DNA from: a virus
Taxonomy: Duplodnaviria > Caudoviricetes
Virus record (IMG/VR): IMGVR_UViG_3300009509_000071
Location: 1-50,890 of that record
DNA: 50,890 bases
Reading direction: 5' to 3' (one strand)
Part shown: piece by piece, positions 36,650 to 47,425 of the stretch
How positions within the stretch are numbered: position 1 is the first letter of the stretch
Layout of the letters: each line of letters opens with the position of its first letter
Made by a program: the position numbers and the translations under genes
Notes under the pieces: generated by a model
What the model saw: the letters and a program-made list of their open reading frames with translations, nothing else
Told to the model about the DNA's origin: nothing
The model's database searches: none

Positions 36650-37276
36650 ATGCAGCAGTATGAAATCAAAGACAATATCTCGCCTTACTTAAGAAAGTTA
36701 TTTGCCATTAGTGAGGGGCTTGGGCTTCAAGCACTTAGCAAATCTGGGCATGAGATAAGAAAAATGATGGCTGTAAAGTCAAGGTCTTTGGGATCACACA
36801 AATATGGGCAGAAAATCGTAAATGGTAGAAGAGTTCTTGTTGATACAAGAGGCGGACAGTCAAAGCCATTCTACTCAAGGGTATCTCACACAGAAGATAA
36901 AAAAGAAGCAGACATGGGTGAACTCATCAGATACAAACTGTATGAACATTCACTCACAATGCTTGTAGGTTGGATCAATGTTAAATCATATAACACTACA
37001 TTTTATAAAGGCGGTGTGGCGCACAAAGGAAACAGAGTGCAAGGTACTAAAACCAAAGAGATAGCAAGAATGATGGCTGAGGGCGGCAGAGTGCAGCTTA
37101 CAGACAATCAGAAAAAGCTATTTAAGCGCAGTGGATGGGGAAAGGCAGCAAGTAGAGGGTATGTGAACAGAAAAGCACATCCTTTTATGAACTTCTCTCA
37201 CTATATAGGCACAGCACATGAGGTAGCTCGAAGAGAGTTTAAAAACGCAGTTCATCAATTTGAACAATCTGCATAA
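36650..37276 (+). CDS. Neck/tail completion protein
   Basis: Basic protein with 'MAEGG...KAHPFM'; precedes the tail tube gene. Confidence 0.6.
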   Translation: MQQYEIKDNISPYLRKLFAISEGLGLQALSKSGHEIRKMMAVKSRSLGSHKYGQKIVNGRRVLVDTRGGQSKPFYSRVSHTEDKKEADMGELIRYKLYEHSLTMLVGWINVKSYNTTFYKGGVAHKGNRVQGTKTKEIARMMAEGGRVQLTDNQKKLFKRSGWGKAASRGYVNRKAHPFMNFSHYIGTAHEVARREFKNAVHQFEQSA

Positions 37277-37287
37277 GGAGAAAAAAT

Positions 37288-38241
37288 ATGGCAGTTTTAC
37301 CTAAAAAAGTTCTATTGGGTTGGGAGACAGTATTTGGCCAAACGCCAGCATCGCCAACGCCTTACCAATTATGTGTAAAGACTCAAGGGCTTGTACACAC
37401 AAGAGAAACAGAGATACAGGATTGTATCGGTGGAGACATCGATAGCGGTGGTGACAAACTAGTTACTGGATCATCAAACAATGGTAGTATCGATGCATCT
37501 GCATACTGGGAGCAATTAGGTGTTTACCTAAAGGCAATTCTTGGAGCGCCTACAACAGTTGATAACCTTGATGGTACTTTCACTCACACATTTGACACAA
37601 CAAAAGATGTAATCCCATCGATGTATATCGAAACTACATCTGGAGCAAATGATCTCGTAGAGGTATTCAATGGAGTAATGGCATCGACATTCAACACTTC
37701 ATTTAAGGGTAAAGGTATTCCGGCAATCAATTTGGGGCTTGTGGGAAGCACTCACAAGGACAACTTGAAAGATGCGTACACTCCAATAGTTGATACTGGA
37801 AAGATCGTTCTTGGAAGTACAGCGCTTAACATGATGTACACATACGCAAAGATCGATAACAGTGACTTTATGAAGCTTTCAGAGTTCGATGTGACTTTTG
37901 ATCGTGGAATTGAGGTTGATGATCTTATCTATGACACTAAAGATGTTGGTATCACAAAATCTGAGGTAACTGGAAGTCTTAAATCTGTTTTTGATAGCGG
38001 ACTATATACAAAACTTGCTGCAAACAATGTAGTAAAAGTTGAAATCGGTTACATGCAAACAATCGGTGCTGATGCACATGCATTGTCATTCCTATTTGAT
38101 GAGACTCAGTTTGACTTTAAGACTGAGCCAAAAGAAGTTGGGAACAAAGTATCTGTAAACGCTGACTGGTCTGCAAAGAGATCTGCTACCGGAACTCAAA
38201 GAGGTAAGGTAACACTTACAAACACTGTAGCATCGTACTAA
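37288..38241 (+). CDS. Major tail tube protein
   Basis: 'ETVFGQTP' start, 'FTHTF' and terminal 'VTLTNTVASY'. Confidence 0.88.
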   Translation: MAVLPKKVLLGWETVFGQTPASPTPYQLCVKTQGLVHTRETEIQDCIGGDIDSGGDKLVTGSSNNGSIDASAYWEQLGVYLKAILGAPTTVDNLDGTFTHTFDTTKDVIPSMYIETTSGANDLVEVFNGVMASTFNTSFKGKGIPAINLGLVGSTHKDNLKDAYTPIVDTGKIVLGSTALNMMYTYAKIDNSDFMKLSEFDVTFDRGIEVDDLIYDTKDVGITKSEVTGSLKSVFDSGLYTKLAANNVVKVEIGYMQTIGADAHALSFLFDETQFDFKTEPKEVGNKVSVNADWSAKRSATGTQRGKVTLTNTVASY

Positions 38242-38246
38242 CAGTG

Positions 38247-38276
38247 GTGGCGGCTTTGTGTAGTTGTGCCGCCATC
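38247..38276 (+). terminator. GC-rich hairpin after the tail tube gene
   Basis: GGTGGCGGC...GCCGCCATC; no clear U-tract follows. Confidence 0.5.
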
Positions 38277-38323
38277 TAAATAAATGACACTACACAAAAA
38301 CACAACACACAAAGGTACAAAAA

Positions 38324-38725
38324 ATGGCAAGACAACCAAAAAAAATTGAAACAGAAAAAACAGAAGAAGCTAAAAAGCCTTTTTCTAAGGAAGAGCTTGA
38401 AGCAATCCTAGAAGTTCAACAAAAGATCAATGAAGAGAGACAAGCGAGAATTGACAAGCTTACAGGACACTCTTTTGATGCTGGGCTTAAATCATCTGCA
38501 ACCGGTATTACAAGAGGTGAAAGAAAAGAGTTTAAAGCATCAAATGATCTTGACATTAGAGACTTCCATTCATTCGATGAAGATATGAAAGAGACTCTGC
38601 TTGATTTTCTACTTGAAAAAAGAGGAATTGAAAACGCAGATGACATCAATGAGGGTGAGCTTTTCATGTGGATGGAGTTGATCGTAGGAAGAACGATTGA
38701 TCCAATAGCATTTGAGGGAAAGTAG
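38324..38725 (+). CDS. Tail assembly chaperone (gpG-like)
   Basis: Between tube and tape measure genes; ends at the GGGAAAG slippery site. Confidence 0.85.
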   Translation: MARQPKKIETEKTEEAKKPFSKEELEAILEVQQKINEERQARIDKLTGHSFDAGLKSSATGITRGERKEFKASNDLDIRDFHSFDEDMKETLLDFLLEKRGIENADDINEGELFMWMELIVGRTIDPIAFEGK

Positions 38726-39057
38726 CACTTGCCTACATTGAGTGGGCATATGATGATGGAGTACAGGACTTCATAGAGAGTCTTAGAGATATGGGAGAGC
38801 CAATTCCAGAGGAATTGAAATCTCCGCACATCGATGGGATGGCTTTGGATGCCATTAGGCTAATTAGTGCAATGGATACACAATGGCACTACATCCAGAC
38901 TGGATTTGGCTCAATTAGAAAAGGGCTTGACTATAACGCTTTAGAAGTTGTAGCAAGATTTAAAAAGATAAAGCTTGGCAGTGATCTCTTTGAGATTATT
39001 GCAATGCTAGAGAAAAAGATAATAAAGATCACAGGAGATAGACATGGCAGCAGCTGA
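38716..39057 (+). CDS. gpGT-like extension via -1 frameshift
   Basis: G GGA AAG at 38716-38722; the -1 frame is open to 39057 (TQW...GLDYNAL). Confidence 0.85.
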   Translation, partial: GKVALAYIEWAYDDGVQDFIESLRDMGEPIPEELKSPHIDGMALDAIRLISAMDTQWHYIQTGFGSIRKGLDYNALEVVARFKKIKLGSDLFEIIAMLEKKIIKITGDRHGSS

Positions 39058-42000
39058 TTTGATTTTAAAGATGAGTTTAGAAAACCAACTGTCTCCTGAG
39101 ATCAAAAAAGCACTTGATGACTTTAGAAAGCTTACTGAAAAAGCAAGCGGTTTCAAGGATGTTTTGCAGACTTTTAAAGACAATAAGCAAGGTATTCTAA
39201 AAGGAACTATAGAGTCTGATGTTGCTGAAATAAGAAAGCTTCAAGTGGAGCTTGATAAGATCAAAAAGGCCTATATCGATGCAGACAATGCAGCAGATAG
39301 AAGAGCGTTAAAAAACCAAGAGAAATCATTAAACGCTGATCTTGTAAGTGCTTACAATAGAGAGTTTACAAGGCTGGCAAGAGTACAAAAGGATGCAGCT
39401 GATGATGTAAGAAGAGCAACATCATCACTATCTAAACAACATGCAGAAATGCTAAGATCAAGATCTGCAGCACAAAGACTTGAGAACGCCACAAGAAAAG
39501 TTGCAGAGTCACAAAAAGAGCTTGGTAAATCATCCGCAAATCTAAGAAACGATGTTGTAAGACACATTAGACAAATAGAGTCACTTGTTGTAGGTCTATA
39601 CTTCCTAAGACAAGGGTATGACGCAACACTTGGAAGAGGGCATGAGTTTAACAAGCTTATAGAGTCTGAGACAATAGGGCTTAAGCTGCTTATCTCTCAG
39701 AACTTGCAACATGTTGATGTTCTTGGAAAGGCTGTAACAGCTCAAGAGAGATACAACTTCTCTCAAAAAGAAGCGAATAAGGCTATGGAGATCGCCAGAA
39801 AGATCAACATTAAAACGCCTCATAGCTTTGCAGAAACACTACAGATCTTTAAGCTTCTTACTCCACAAGTATTAAAGTATGGCGGCACACTGGAAGAAGT
39901 AGGTCACATCACTCAGAGAATGTCAGTCATTGCAGCATCGATGGGTATAGAGTTTCAACAGTTCCTAAAAACAGTGGACTCAGCGCTTAGTGGTGACATG
40001 AAAGAGTCTGGACTAAAAAGAGCGCTTGAGCAGTTTGGTGTAACAAATGAGGGCATTAAAGAGCTTAAGAAGCGTAATGGTGATGTTGTCAAGTATGTTC
40101 TTGATGGGCTAGAGCAAGCCAAGTCTGCCGGAGATGACATATTCAATGGATGGCAAGGGATTATGGGGCAACTCAATAATGAACTTGATGATCTATTCGG
40201 GAAGATGCAACAGCCATTATTTAATGCAATGAAAGAGCAGATTATAGAGATCACTGCAGCGCTTGGAGAAAACCAATCTACTATCCTAAAAACAGTGGAT
40301 GGAATGGCTGATCTTGGAAAACACTTGGCAATTCTTGCTGGAGCGTATGGAACTGCTAGAGTGGCTACAGCGCTTTTTGCAAAATCATCAGCAATAGTAA
40401 ATGCATCACTTGTTGCTCATGCAGCAAATGTGAGAAGAGCATCTATACTTCATGAGTCATTTGGAAAGAATGTATCCGCCTCTGCAATCGCATTGAGAAG
40501 AATGGGAATAGCACTTAAATCATTCACTGTTTCAAACTTGCCTATGCTTGCTGTAGTTGCAGCATTTGAGGCGTATAACTATTCACTTGAGGAGACAGAA
40601 GAGAGACTTGAGAAGATCGCTCAAGTAACAAACAAAACTAGAAATGAGCTGGCATTACTTGGCGAGCAGACTCTATCCAATAGCAAAAATGCGCTCAATA
40701 AAGAACTTGAAGAGACAGAGAAAAAGATCAGAGAGATAGAGAAGTCTATTAAAAGTGTCGGAAAGTCAATGATAGAAAGAGGAACTGCTGGATCAGGTCT
40801 ATCTTCCTTGTTTGATGATGCTCAATATGTTGGATATATAGATGCCATCTTTGGAAGTGAAAAAGAGATCACTGCAGAACTAAAAGAGCAGCTAGAGCTT
40901 CATATAAAGCAAAAGGCAGAGCTTGAGAAAAAGCTTAAGGCAGTAGGCGATATTACTCCGGAGATGCAAGGTCTGGCTCAGGGTGCAAAGTCTCTTCATG
41001 ACATCATACTTGAGACAAATCAAGAGATAACAAAGCAAGCAAATATCATCAATGCTGCTACAGACAAAGAGGATGCTGCTGTAGTTGCAGCAAAAGAGAA
41101 GAAAGCAGAACTTGAGCAGCAACTTGTGGCACAAAAAGAGGCACTACAGGAAGCAAATAGACTATTGACTGCAGCCGGAATGACTGCAATAGAGTATGCA
41201 AAAGCTACTGGCCAAGTAGAAGATATGTCAAAGGCGATCAACGCTGCTGCAAATGAGGCATACAAGCTTAGAGCAGCAATGATAGAAAACTCTGAGATAA
41301 AGGGAGAGATCTCAAAGATAGCAGCTATAAAGAAAGCTCATATTGCAAAAGTGGAAGAGATCGATGCGATGGAAAAAACAGCATCAGAGAAAAAGCTTCT
41401 TTTACTTGAAGAGGAAAACAGATACAGAACTAAGTCTGCCGCAGCTCACAAAGAGATGGCCGACAAAAGAAAAGATGCTGAACAATCTCTAAACAATACA
41501 ATATTGGCAAACCTAAAAGCGCATGGTAAAGATGCTGAGGCACTAAAACTAAAGATCGACATGATCCAGAAGTCAGAATTACCAAATAAAGAAAAACTGC
41601 TCCAGATCGATACCCTCAGACAAGAATACCAAAACAGTCTATTAAAGACTAGCGGAAAAGCAACAAAAGATCTTGAAAAAGAAGCTAAAGAGCTTGATGA
41701 CATCTATAGAACATACCTAGAGCTTACCGGACAGGATTTGAAGCTATTTGAGCTTGACACAGACAAGCTTATGAAAGATCTTATGCAGCTCAAAGATAAA
41801 GGCCTTATAGATTTTGAAGATATTAGCAAGGCTTACGATGGAAGCTGGAATGAGTTTGTCAAAAAAGGCGAAAAGGCAAATAAGAAAGTTGCTATGGACT
41901 TTACCAATCAGTTTAAAGGCCTACTAGATGGAATTTTTAGCGGTGATTTTGGTGGTGCGCTAAAAGGCTTCTTTGACGGATTGAGTACAGAGCTATTATC

Positions 42001-43720
42001 TAAGCCTATCGATGATCTATCTACATCAATGAGTGAGTATCTTACTGGCAAGGATGGAACTGGCGGCATATTGTCTAGTCTTGGAAGCTTTGGTGGAATA
42101 TTTGGCGGCTTAGTAACAAGTGGTATAGGTATGCTTGTTGGATCATTGTTTGGAGACAGTGAAGAGCCAGCCCCAGAATTAGGGGAAATAAGAGACACAT
42201 CAGAGTCTATGAAAAATGCGCTTGAATACATAAAAGATGCACAATTCCCAATGCTTAGATTAACAAGGGAGATGACAGGATACCTACAGACTATTTCTAA
42301 GGCGTTTGGCGGTGTTGAGAACTCTCTATTGCGTTCTGGGATTGATATTGGTGGTAGCCTATTTCAAGATACATACAAAAAGGGTACTTTGTTTGGTGGA
42401 AAATCAACAAGCCTGTATGGTACATCGATTGATGTAGAAGCTGCTTCTATGGCAGATCTTATAAATGGTGAAATCACCGCACTACTCGATACAGTGACCA
42501 AGACAGTAAAAACAAAATGGTATGGGGCTAAAAAGACTTCATATAGCCATTCATACACTGATATTTCTGGAGACATTAGTGAGTATGTGTCAAATGCAAC
42601 AAAAGCTGTATTTGATAGCCTTACTCTAGCCGGAGAAACACTAGGCATCGATCTTACAGTTGAAGAAGAAGTTACAAGATGGGTGGCAGACTCTTCAAGC
42701 GACATCCAGAATGGAATTTGGGGAGGCTTCAATACTGGTTTTGGAAGCTTCTTCTCAAAGTTTAGAGGCGGTTTTCTAGGAAGAATATTTAGCGGATTTG
42801 GTAAGAGATTTTCGGAAGAGACTGGCCAATGGGTAACTGAAACAGTAACATCCAGCCTAATGGATGAGATCATTGACATAGGCAAGTTTGACACTACCGG
42901 AATGAGTGCAGATGAAGTTGCTGCAGAGATACAAGGTAGATTTGCTGCACAAATGGACATGATTACTGAAAAGTATTTTGGGGTAGTTAAAGAGTTTCAA
43001 AAGGCTGGAGAGGGGCTTGGAGAAACACTATTCAGAGTCATGACAAACTTTGATCAGGTAGGACACTCACTTGAACTTATTGGAAAGTCATTTGACTGGA
43101 GAACAGCAAATATAATCGCTGATGTAGCCGGAGGACTTGACAACTTTAATGCCAGCATGAGTAGTTATCAATCTAATTTCTTTACTGATGCAGAGCAGTA
43201 TGAAATGAAGCTGTACACTCTAACAAAAAGCTTTGAGTCACTTGGACTTGCAGTGCCTAATGGTAAAGCCGGATTTAGAGATCTTGTTGAGAGTATAGAC
43301 ACTACCACTGATGCCGGAGCAACATTATTTGCAGAAGTTCTTTCACTTGCAGATAGCTTTGCAGATATGGAAAGCAGCGCAAAAAGCTTAGGTGAGGCAA
43401 TTTCTGGGATAGCTGATGCTTGGCTCGGAAATCTTAGCTATTTAACTATTGCTCAAAAAGCAGCATATGCAAGTGGATACTTTGAGATAGCCAGAGAGTC
43501 AAATGGGCAACTTGATGTAGTAGATAGCGCAAAAGCTATGGCTGAAACAGCACTAAGAGCAAGTTCGACAAAAGAGGAATATATACCATATTTTGACAAG
43601 TACATCAAAGTTCTTGAAGAGCAAGCGCCTCAAGCAACAACAGATGATGTTGTGGCCGAATTAAGAGCATTAAGAGCAGAAGTTCAAATATTAGAAGAGA
43701 CAACAAGGAGATTAGCGTGA
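39044..43720 (+). CDS. Tape measure protein
   Basis: 1558-aa helical protein after the chaperones, with Gly-rich hydrophobic segments. Confidence 0.93.
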   Translation: MAAADLILKMSLENQLSPEIKKALDDFRKLTEKASGFKDVLQTFKDNKQGILKGTIESDVAEIRKLQVELDKIKKAYIDADNAADRRALKNQEKSLNADLVSAYNREFTRLARVQKDAADDVRRATSSLSKQHAEMLRSRSAAQRLENATRKVAESQKELGKSSANLRNDVVRHIRQIESLVVGLYFLRQGYDATLGRGHEFNKLIESETIGLKLLISQNLQHVDVLGKAVTAQERYNFSQKEANKAMEIARKINIKTPHSFAETLQIFKLLTPQVLKYGGTLEEVGHITQRMSVIAASMGIEFQQFLKTVDSALSGDMKESGLKRALEQFGVTNEGIKELKKRNGDVVKYVLDGLEQAKSAGDDIFNGWQGIMGQLNNELDDLFGKMQQPLFNAMKEQIIEITAALGENQSTILKTVDGMADLGKHLAILAGAYGTARVATALFAKSSAIVNASLVAHAANVRRASILHESFGKNVSASAIALRRMGIALKSFTVSNLPMLAVVAAFEAYNYSLEETEERLEKIAQVTNKTRNELALLGEQTLSNSKNALNKELEETEKKIREIEKSIKSVGKSMIERGTAGSGLSSLFDDAQYVGYIDAIFGSEKEITAELKEQLELHIKQKAELEKKLKAVGDITPEMQGLAQGAKSLHDIILETNQEITKQANIINAATDKEDAAVVAAKEKKAELEQQLVAQKEALQEANRLLTAAGMTAIEYAKATGQVEDMSKAINAAANEAYKLRAAMIENSEIKGEISKIAAIKKAHIAKVEEIDAMEKTASEKKLLLLEEENRYRTKSAAAHKEMADKRKDAEQSLNNTILANLKAHGKDAEALKLKIDMIQKSELPNKEKLLQIDTLRQEYQNSLLKTSGKATKDLEKEAKELDDIYRTYLELTGQDLKLFELDTDKLMKDLMQLKDKGLIDFEDISKAYDGSWNEFVKKGEKANKKVAMDFTNQFKGLLDGIFSGDFGGALKGFFDGLSTELLSKPIDDLSTSMSEYLTGKDGTGGILSSLGSFGGIFGGLVTSGIGMLVGSLFGDSEEPAPELGEIRDTSESMKNALEYIKDAQFPMLRLTREMTGYLQTISKAFGGVENSLLRSGIDIGGSLFQDTYKKGTLFGGKSTSLYGTSIDVEAASMADLINGEITALLDTVTKTVKTKWYGAKKTSYSHSYTDISGDISEYVSNATKAVFDSLTLAGETLGIDLTVEEEVTRWVADSSSDIQNGIWGGFNTGFGSFFSKFRGGFLGRIFSGFGKRFSEETGQWVTETVTSSLMDEIIDIGKFDTTGMSADEVAAEIQGRFAAQMDMITEKYFGVVKEFQKAGEGLGETLFRVMTNFDQVGHSLELIGKSFDWRTANIIADVAGGLDNFNASMSSYQSNFFTDAEQYEMKLYTLTKSFESLGLAVPNGKAGFRDLVESIDTTTDAGATLFAEVLSLADSFADMESSAKSLGEAISGIADAWLGNLSYLTIAQKAAYASGYFEIARESNGQLDVVDSAKAMAETALRASSTKEEYIPYFDKYIKVLEEQAPQATTDDVVAELRALRAEVQILEETTRRLA

Positions 43721-45192
43721 TTATTAGCGTACCTACCTCACTGGTTTTAGTATCAACAAGCGTAATTGATGCTACAAGTACATTTAACCCAACCATAAAC
43801 ATGAACTACCCAACTGGTACAAGAATACAAAAAGACGGGTGGATTTATGAGAATACTGGTGATAACATTATCCCAACCGTATGGGTAGAAGCAGATGCAC
43901 CAAACTACCCAGATGGAACAGTTGTATATAAAGACGGGAAATTGCAGTATTGGTACTCTTCACCAACGCAAAGATTAAAACAGCCAGAAGAGTACACTAC
44001 CATAGATAATGGTGAGTATGCACAAGGAAACCTATTTAAAGCAGATACATGGACTCATAAGTATGTTCTTCTTGGAACTGTGCCTATAGGCCAAACTCTA
44101 TATGATCCAGACTTTGTAGGACTACAGGCAGATGCATCATCATACCTTTATTCTACATGGATTGACAATAATGGTGTGCAGCAAATTCAAGCCTATGTAA
44201 CTCCAGAGTCAGCTTTAGGCCAAAGCCCATACTCCATACTTGCTCCAAATATAAATACAGAGCTTACGGAAAGCACAGTAGAGGTAAAGGCATCTTTGTA
44301 TGTTCATGACAATAAGCTTGTAGGTACGATAGGAAGTATCTTTGTTCGTGGCGGAAATATGTATATGAGAACATCATATGATGCTGCCAATGAATATGTT
44401 GCGGTTACAGGCGGATATGGTATCGATATTGTATCCATCGATAAGCTTGTAGGCTTCACAAAAAAAGAGCGTGCAAAATCATCTTATCCTTTTGACAACA
44501 AGAACTACACTACTGCACAGGGTACATCCATTATGACATATGTAGTAAAGGGTACTGAAAAGTTCGACACTATTGCGCTTGGTAGGGTAAAGGCTGCAAA
44601 TGTTGTTATTGACTTTAAAGATCCTCAAGGGAATGTCATCACTCATATAGACACTGCGATCGATGGCAAGAGAGACAAATCTGGAAACTTATCGTCTTGG
44701 CACACAACACTGATCAAATACTCTATGGATGCAAATAACTTGCCTGTAGTTATGGATATAGACTCAACAGTTGAGATCACTCTTACTGGAGACAATATAG
44801 AACTTGGAACTCTCATGCTTGGAATGTCTGCAGATGCTGGATTTACAGATATGCAGATAAATAATAGGTATCGTGACTTCTCTGTTTTTGAATACGATGT
44901 ATGGGGGAACGCTGATTATGTTGAAAGAGCAAAAGTTTCTACATATAGCGGTACTGCAAAATTATTTATAACAGACTATGACATGATAGATAGGCTTATG
45001 ACATCACTTGGTAAAAACCTAGTCATAGTGAATGGATCAGATGCGAAAAACAAAGACACAAATAGCCAGTCTGTTTTTTCTTCAACGCAAAAAATAGGTA
45101 GGTTTACATCATTTGATCAAAAGACATCTGTAAAAGATGGAGTCATAGGTGTACATGCTGAATATACATTTACGCTGGAGGGAATTGTATGA
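43717..45192 (+). CDS. Distal tail/tail tip protein
   Basis: Follows the tape measure gene; 'YRDFS....DVWGN..YVER'. Confidence 0.7.
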   Translation: MIISVPTSLVLVSTSVIDATSTFNPTINMNYPTGTRIQKDGWIYENTGDNIIPTVWVEADAPNYPDGTVVYKDGKLQYWYSSPTQRLKQPEEYTTIDNGEYAQGNLFKADTWTHKYVLLGTVPIGQTLYDPDFVGLQADASSYLYSTWIDNNGVQQIQAYVTPESALGQSPYSILAPNINTELTESTVEVKASLYVHDNKLVGTIGSIFVRGGNMYMRTSYDAANEYVAVTGGYGIDIVSIDKLVGFTKKERAKSSYPFDNKNYTTAQGTSIMTYVVKGTEKFDTIALGRVKAANVVIDFKDPQGNVITHIDTAIDGKRDKSGNLSSWHTTLIKYSMDANNLPVVMDIDSTVEITLTGDNIELGTLMLGMSADAGFTDMQINNRYRDFSVFEYDVWGNADYVERAKVSTYSGTAKLFITDYDMIDRLMTSLGKNLVIVNGSDAKNKDTNSQSVFSSTQKIGRFTSFDQKTSVKDGVIGVHAEYTFTLEGIV

Positions 45193-45666
45193 CGATACCA
45201 ATTTACGGAAACATTGCCTTGTATCATATTGCCATTTGTAGTTAGACAAGAAGAGAGCATGAGGTTTTTGGGAGGTAGGGCTATTACCGGAGCTACATTT
45301 ATAGAGTTGAACTTGAGAGCAAAATCAGATGCTCAAGAAAATGCCTTGTATAGCTTTTGGAAAAATGATTGCAATTATGGGCTTGAGCCATTCTTGATCG
45401 CACTCCCTATTCATGGGGCAGCTGTAGATGAAGCTCATCCGGATGTTCTTGTTCAGTGGGTAGATGATTTCACAGACACAAAAGAAAGAGGTAAGTGGAC
45501 TACAAAAAGAAGAATAAGAGTTATAGGAACTATTGATTATACGATAGATGTTGATGGAAACTTCATTGTAACTGCAAATGGTGAATACACAGTATCAGAG
45601 AGTGGAGATTATGTTCCTACTGGAAGCATAGCAACAATTTTTAGAGAGGTATTATATGGGAACTAA
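45189..45666 (+). CDS. Minor tail protein; apparent frameshift just after the start
   Basis: ATG 45189 gives MTIPIY; the body (ETLPC...FW...CNYGLEPFLIALP) is in another frame. Confidence 0.6.
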
Positions 45667-47425
45667 GTTATTTTCACTTGAACTTCCAGAGCATAAGGCA
45701 ACAATAGATACTTGGATTGCAACACTTATACAAGGTAAACTTGGAGTAAATGAATGGATAGCACCATTGGGTGCAGATGGCATCATTCCATCACAGTTTT
45801 TGCCATCAATTTCATTGTCATGGGGAAATATTACTGGTATTCTTTCAGACCAAACAGACTTGAATACAGCACTTGGCTCAAAGGCTTCTACTGACAGCCC
45901 AGCTTTTAGTGGAGTTCCTACTGCACCAAACGCTGTATTGGGTACAGACTCTTTGCAGATAGCTACTACTGCTTTTGTTCAAGCATCACTTGGAACTATA
46001 CCTTTGGCTTCCATTGCAAGTACACCAACTATCATAACAGCAGACACAGTTTTAACAGTAGATGATATTAAAGATGCTTACTTCATAATAAATGCTTCAT
46101 CAACTATTCAGCTTACTTTGCCATCTGCTATTGGTTTGGCAACAAAGGCTTTCAATTTTGTCGTGTATAACATTGGTCAAGGTACTGCTATATTTAGAGA
46201 TAGTTCTGGCTCATTGCTTGAAGCTGTGCTTACTAATAAAATATACTTCTATTCAGTAGCAGATAATACCGTTCAAAATGGGTACAGCTCAATCGTGAAG
46301 AGTGAGTATATTAAATCATCAGGGTTTGTATCTCCACCAATAGAGATTTACAAGACAAACGCATTTAAACAACTAGCTGCAAACCCACTCTACTATCAGG
46401 GAAGAATTATAGAGCTAACATCAACAAAATGGGCTTTAATGTATTCTCTTGAAAGTTTGAGTTTAGATACATACTTACAGATAATGGAGTGGAACGGAAC
46501 ATCATTTGATTATGGTGTAGCAGTAGAGATTACTGACACATACAATACAGCTTATATATGGAAGCAAACAGCAGATGGCTCACTTCTTGGTTGTGGTTTA
46601 GAAACTGGTGAGGGTGCTAACTACATAAGGTCTTTGTCAATATCAGGGCTAACTATAACAAAAAACCCAGTAGTTGCAGTTCAATCATCTACTGGTGCTT
46701 ATCAATCAGATACTACGCATGGTATAAGATTGAATGATACACAGGCATTGTTATGGTATGTTCACAGTTCGGCTGGTGATCCATCTGTTAGGGTTGCTAC
46801 TGTAAATGGTACTTCATGGACTTTTGGAACTGAATACTCAATCAATGCTTCTGGCTCTATTCAGAACTGCCACATGATAAGTGCGACAGAGTTCTTGGTT
46901 TTCTATTACTCATCAGCACCAAAAGTAAGAAAAGGAACAATCTCCGGCTCAACTATAACATTAAATGCAGAGGACATTATAGATATTAATGGTGCATCTG
47001 GTACTGGACTTTGTAGTGATATACCTACATCACTAATCAGTAGAGATGATGGAACATTCATGTTATCTCACGCAGGTTATCTGGCAAATTTCTCCATAAA
47101 CAATGGTGTATATGCAGAGATAGGTACGCTAACAATATCTGGTGGTGTAAGCACATACCCAGAGTGGATGCACAAGCTAACAAATGGAAGAGTGTTGGTC
47201 TTTTGTGGAACTTACAACATTACAATATATATAGTTGATTATACGACAACAGTTCCTACAATTATTGATTTTATTGACTTATCAAATATAGGTGATATAA
47301 ATATTTCACAAATATCTAAACTTGAATATACAGTAGGAAAAACAAGCTTTAGCGTAGAGTATTTTGATGAAATAAAAACAGAGATTGGTAGAACAGAAAT
47401 TAGTGTAGGGAGTATCGTATTATGA
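45656..47425 (+). CDS. Tail fibre protein
   Basis: 'SWGNITG.LSDQTDL' and 'SPAFSGVPTAP....QIATTAFV' motifs with a beta-rich C-terminus. Confidence 0.88.
   Translation: MGTKLFSLELPEHKATIDTWIATLIQGKLGVNEWIAPLGADGIIPSQFLPSISLSWGNITGILSDQTDLNTALGSKASTDSPAFSGVPTAPNAVLGTDSLQIATTAFVQASLGTIPLASIASTPTIITADTVLTVDDIKDAYFIINASSTIQLTLPSAIGLATKAFNFVVYNIGQGTAIFRDSSGSLLEAVLTNKIYFYSVADNTVQNGYSSIVKSEYIKSSGFVSPPIEIYKTNAFKQLAANPLYYQGRIIELTSTKWALMYSLESLSLDTYLQIMEWNGTSFDYGVAVEITDTYNTAYIWKQTADGSLLGCGLETGEGANYIRSLSISGLTITKNPVVAVQSSTGAYQSDTTHGIRLNDTQALLWYVHSSAGDPSVRVATVNGTSWTFGTEYSINASGSIQNCHMISATEFLVFYYSSAPKVRKGTISGSTITLNAEDIIDINGASGTGLCSDIPTSLISRDDGTFMLSHAGYLANFSINNGVYAEIGTLTISGGVSTYPEWMHKLTNGRVLVFCGTYNITIYIVDYTTTVPTIIDFIDLSNIGDINISQISKLEYTVGKTSFSVEYFDEIKTEIGRTEISVGSIVL

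Noticed and set aside
39352-42960. Antisense ORFs inside the tape measure and other long genes
   Set aside because: These are Ser/Phe/Leu-rich shadow frames of biased codon usage with no independent signals.
45656-47425. Diversity-generating retroelement or invertible tail fibre system
   Set aside because: No reverse transcriptase, invertase or TR/VR repeat pair was seen.
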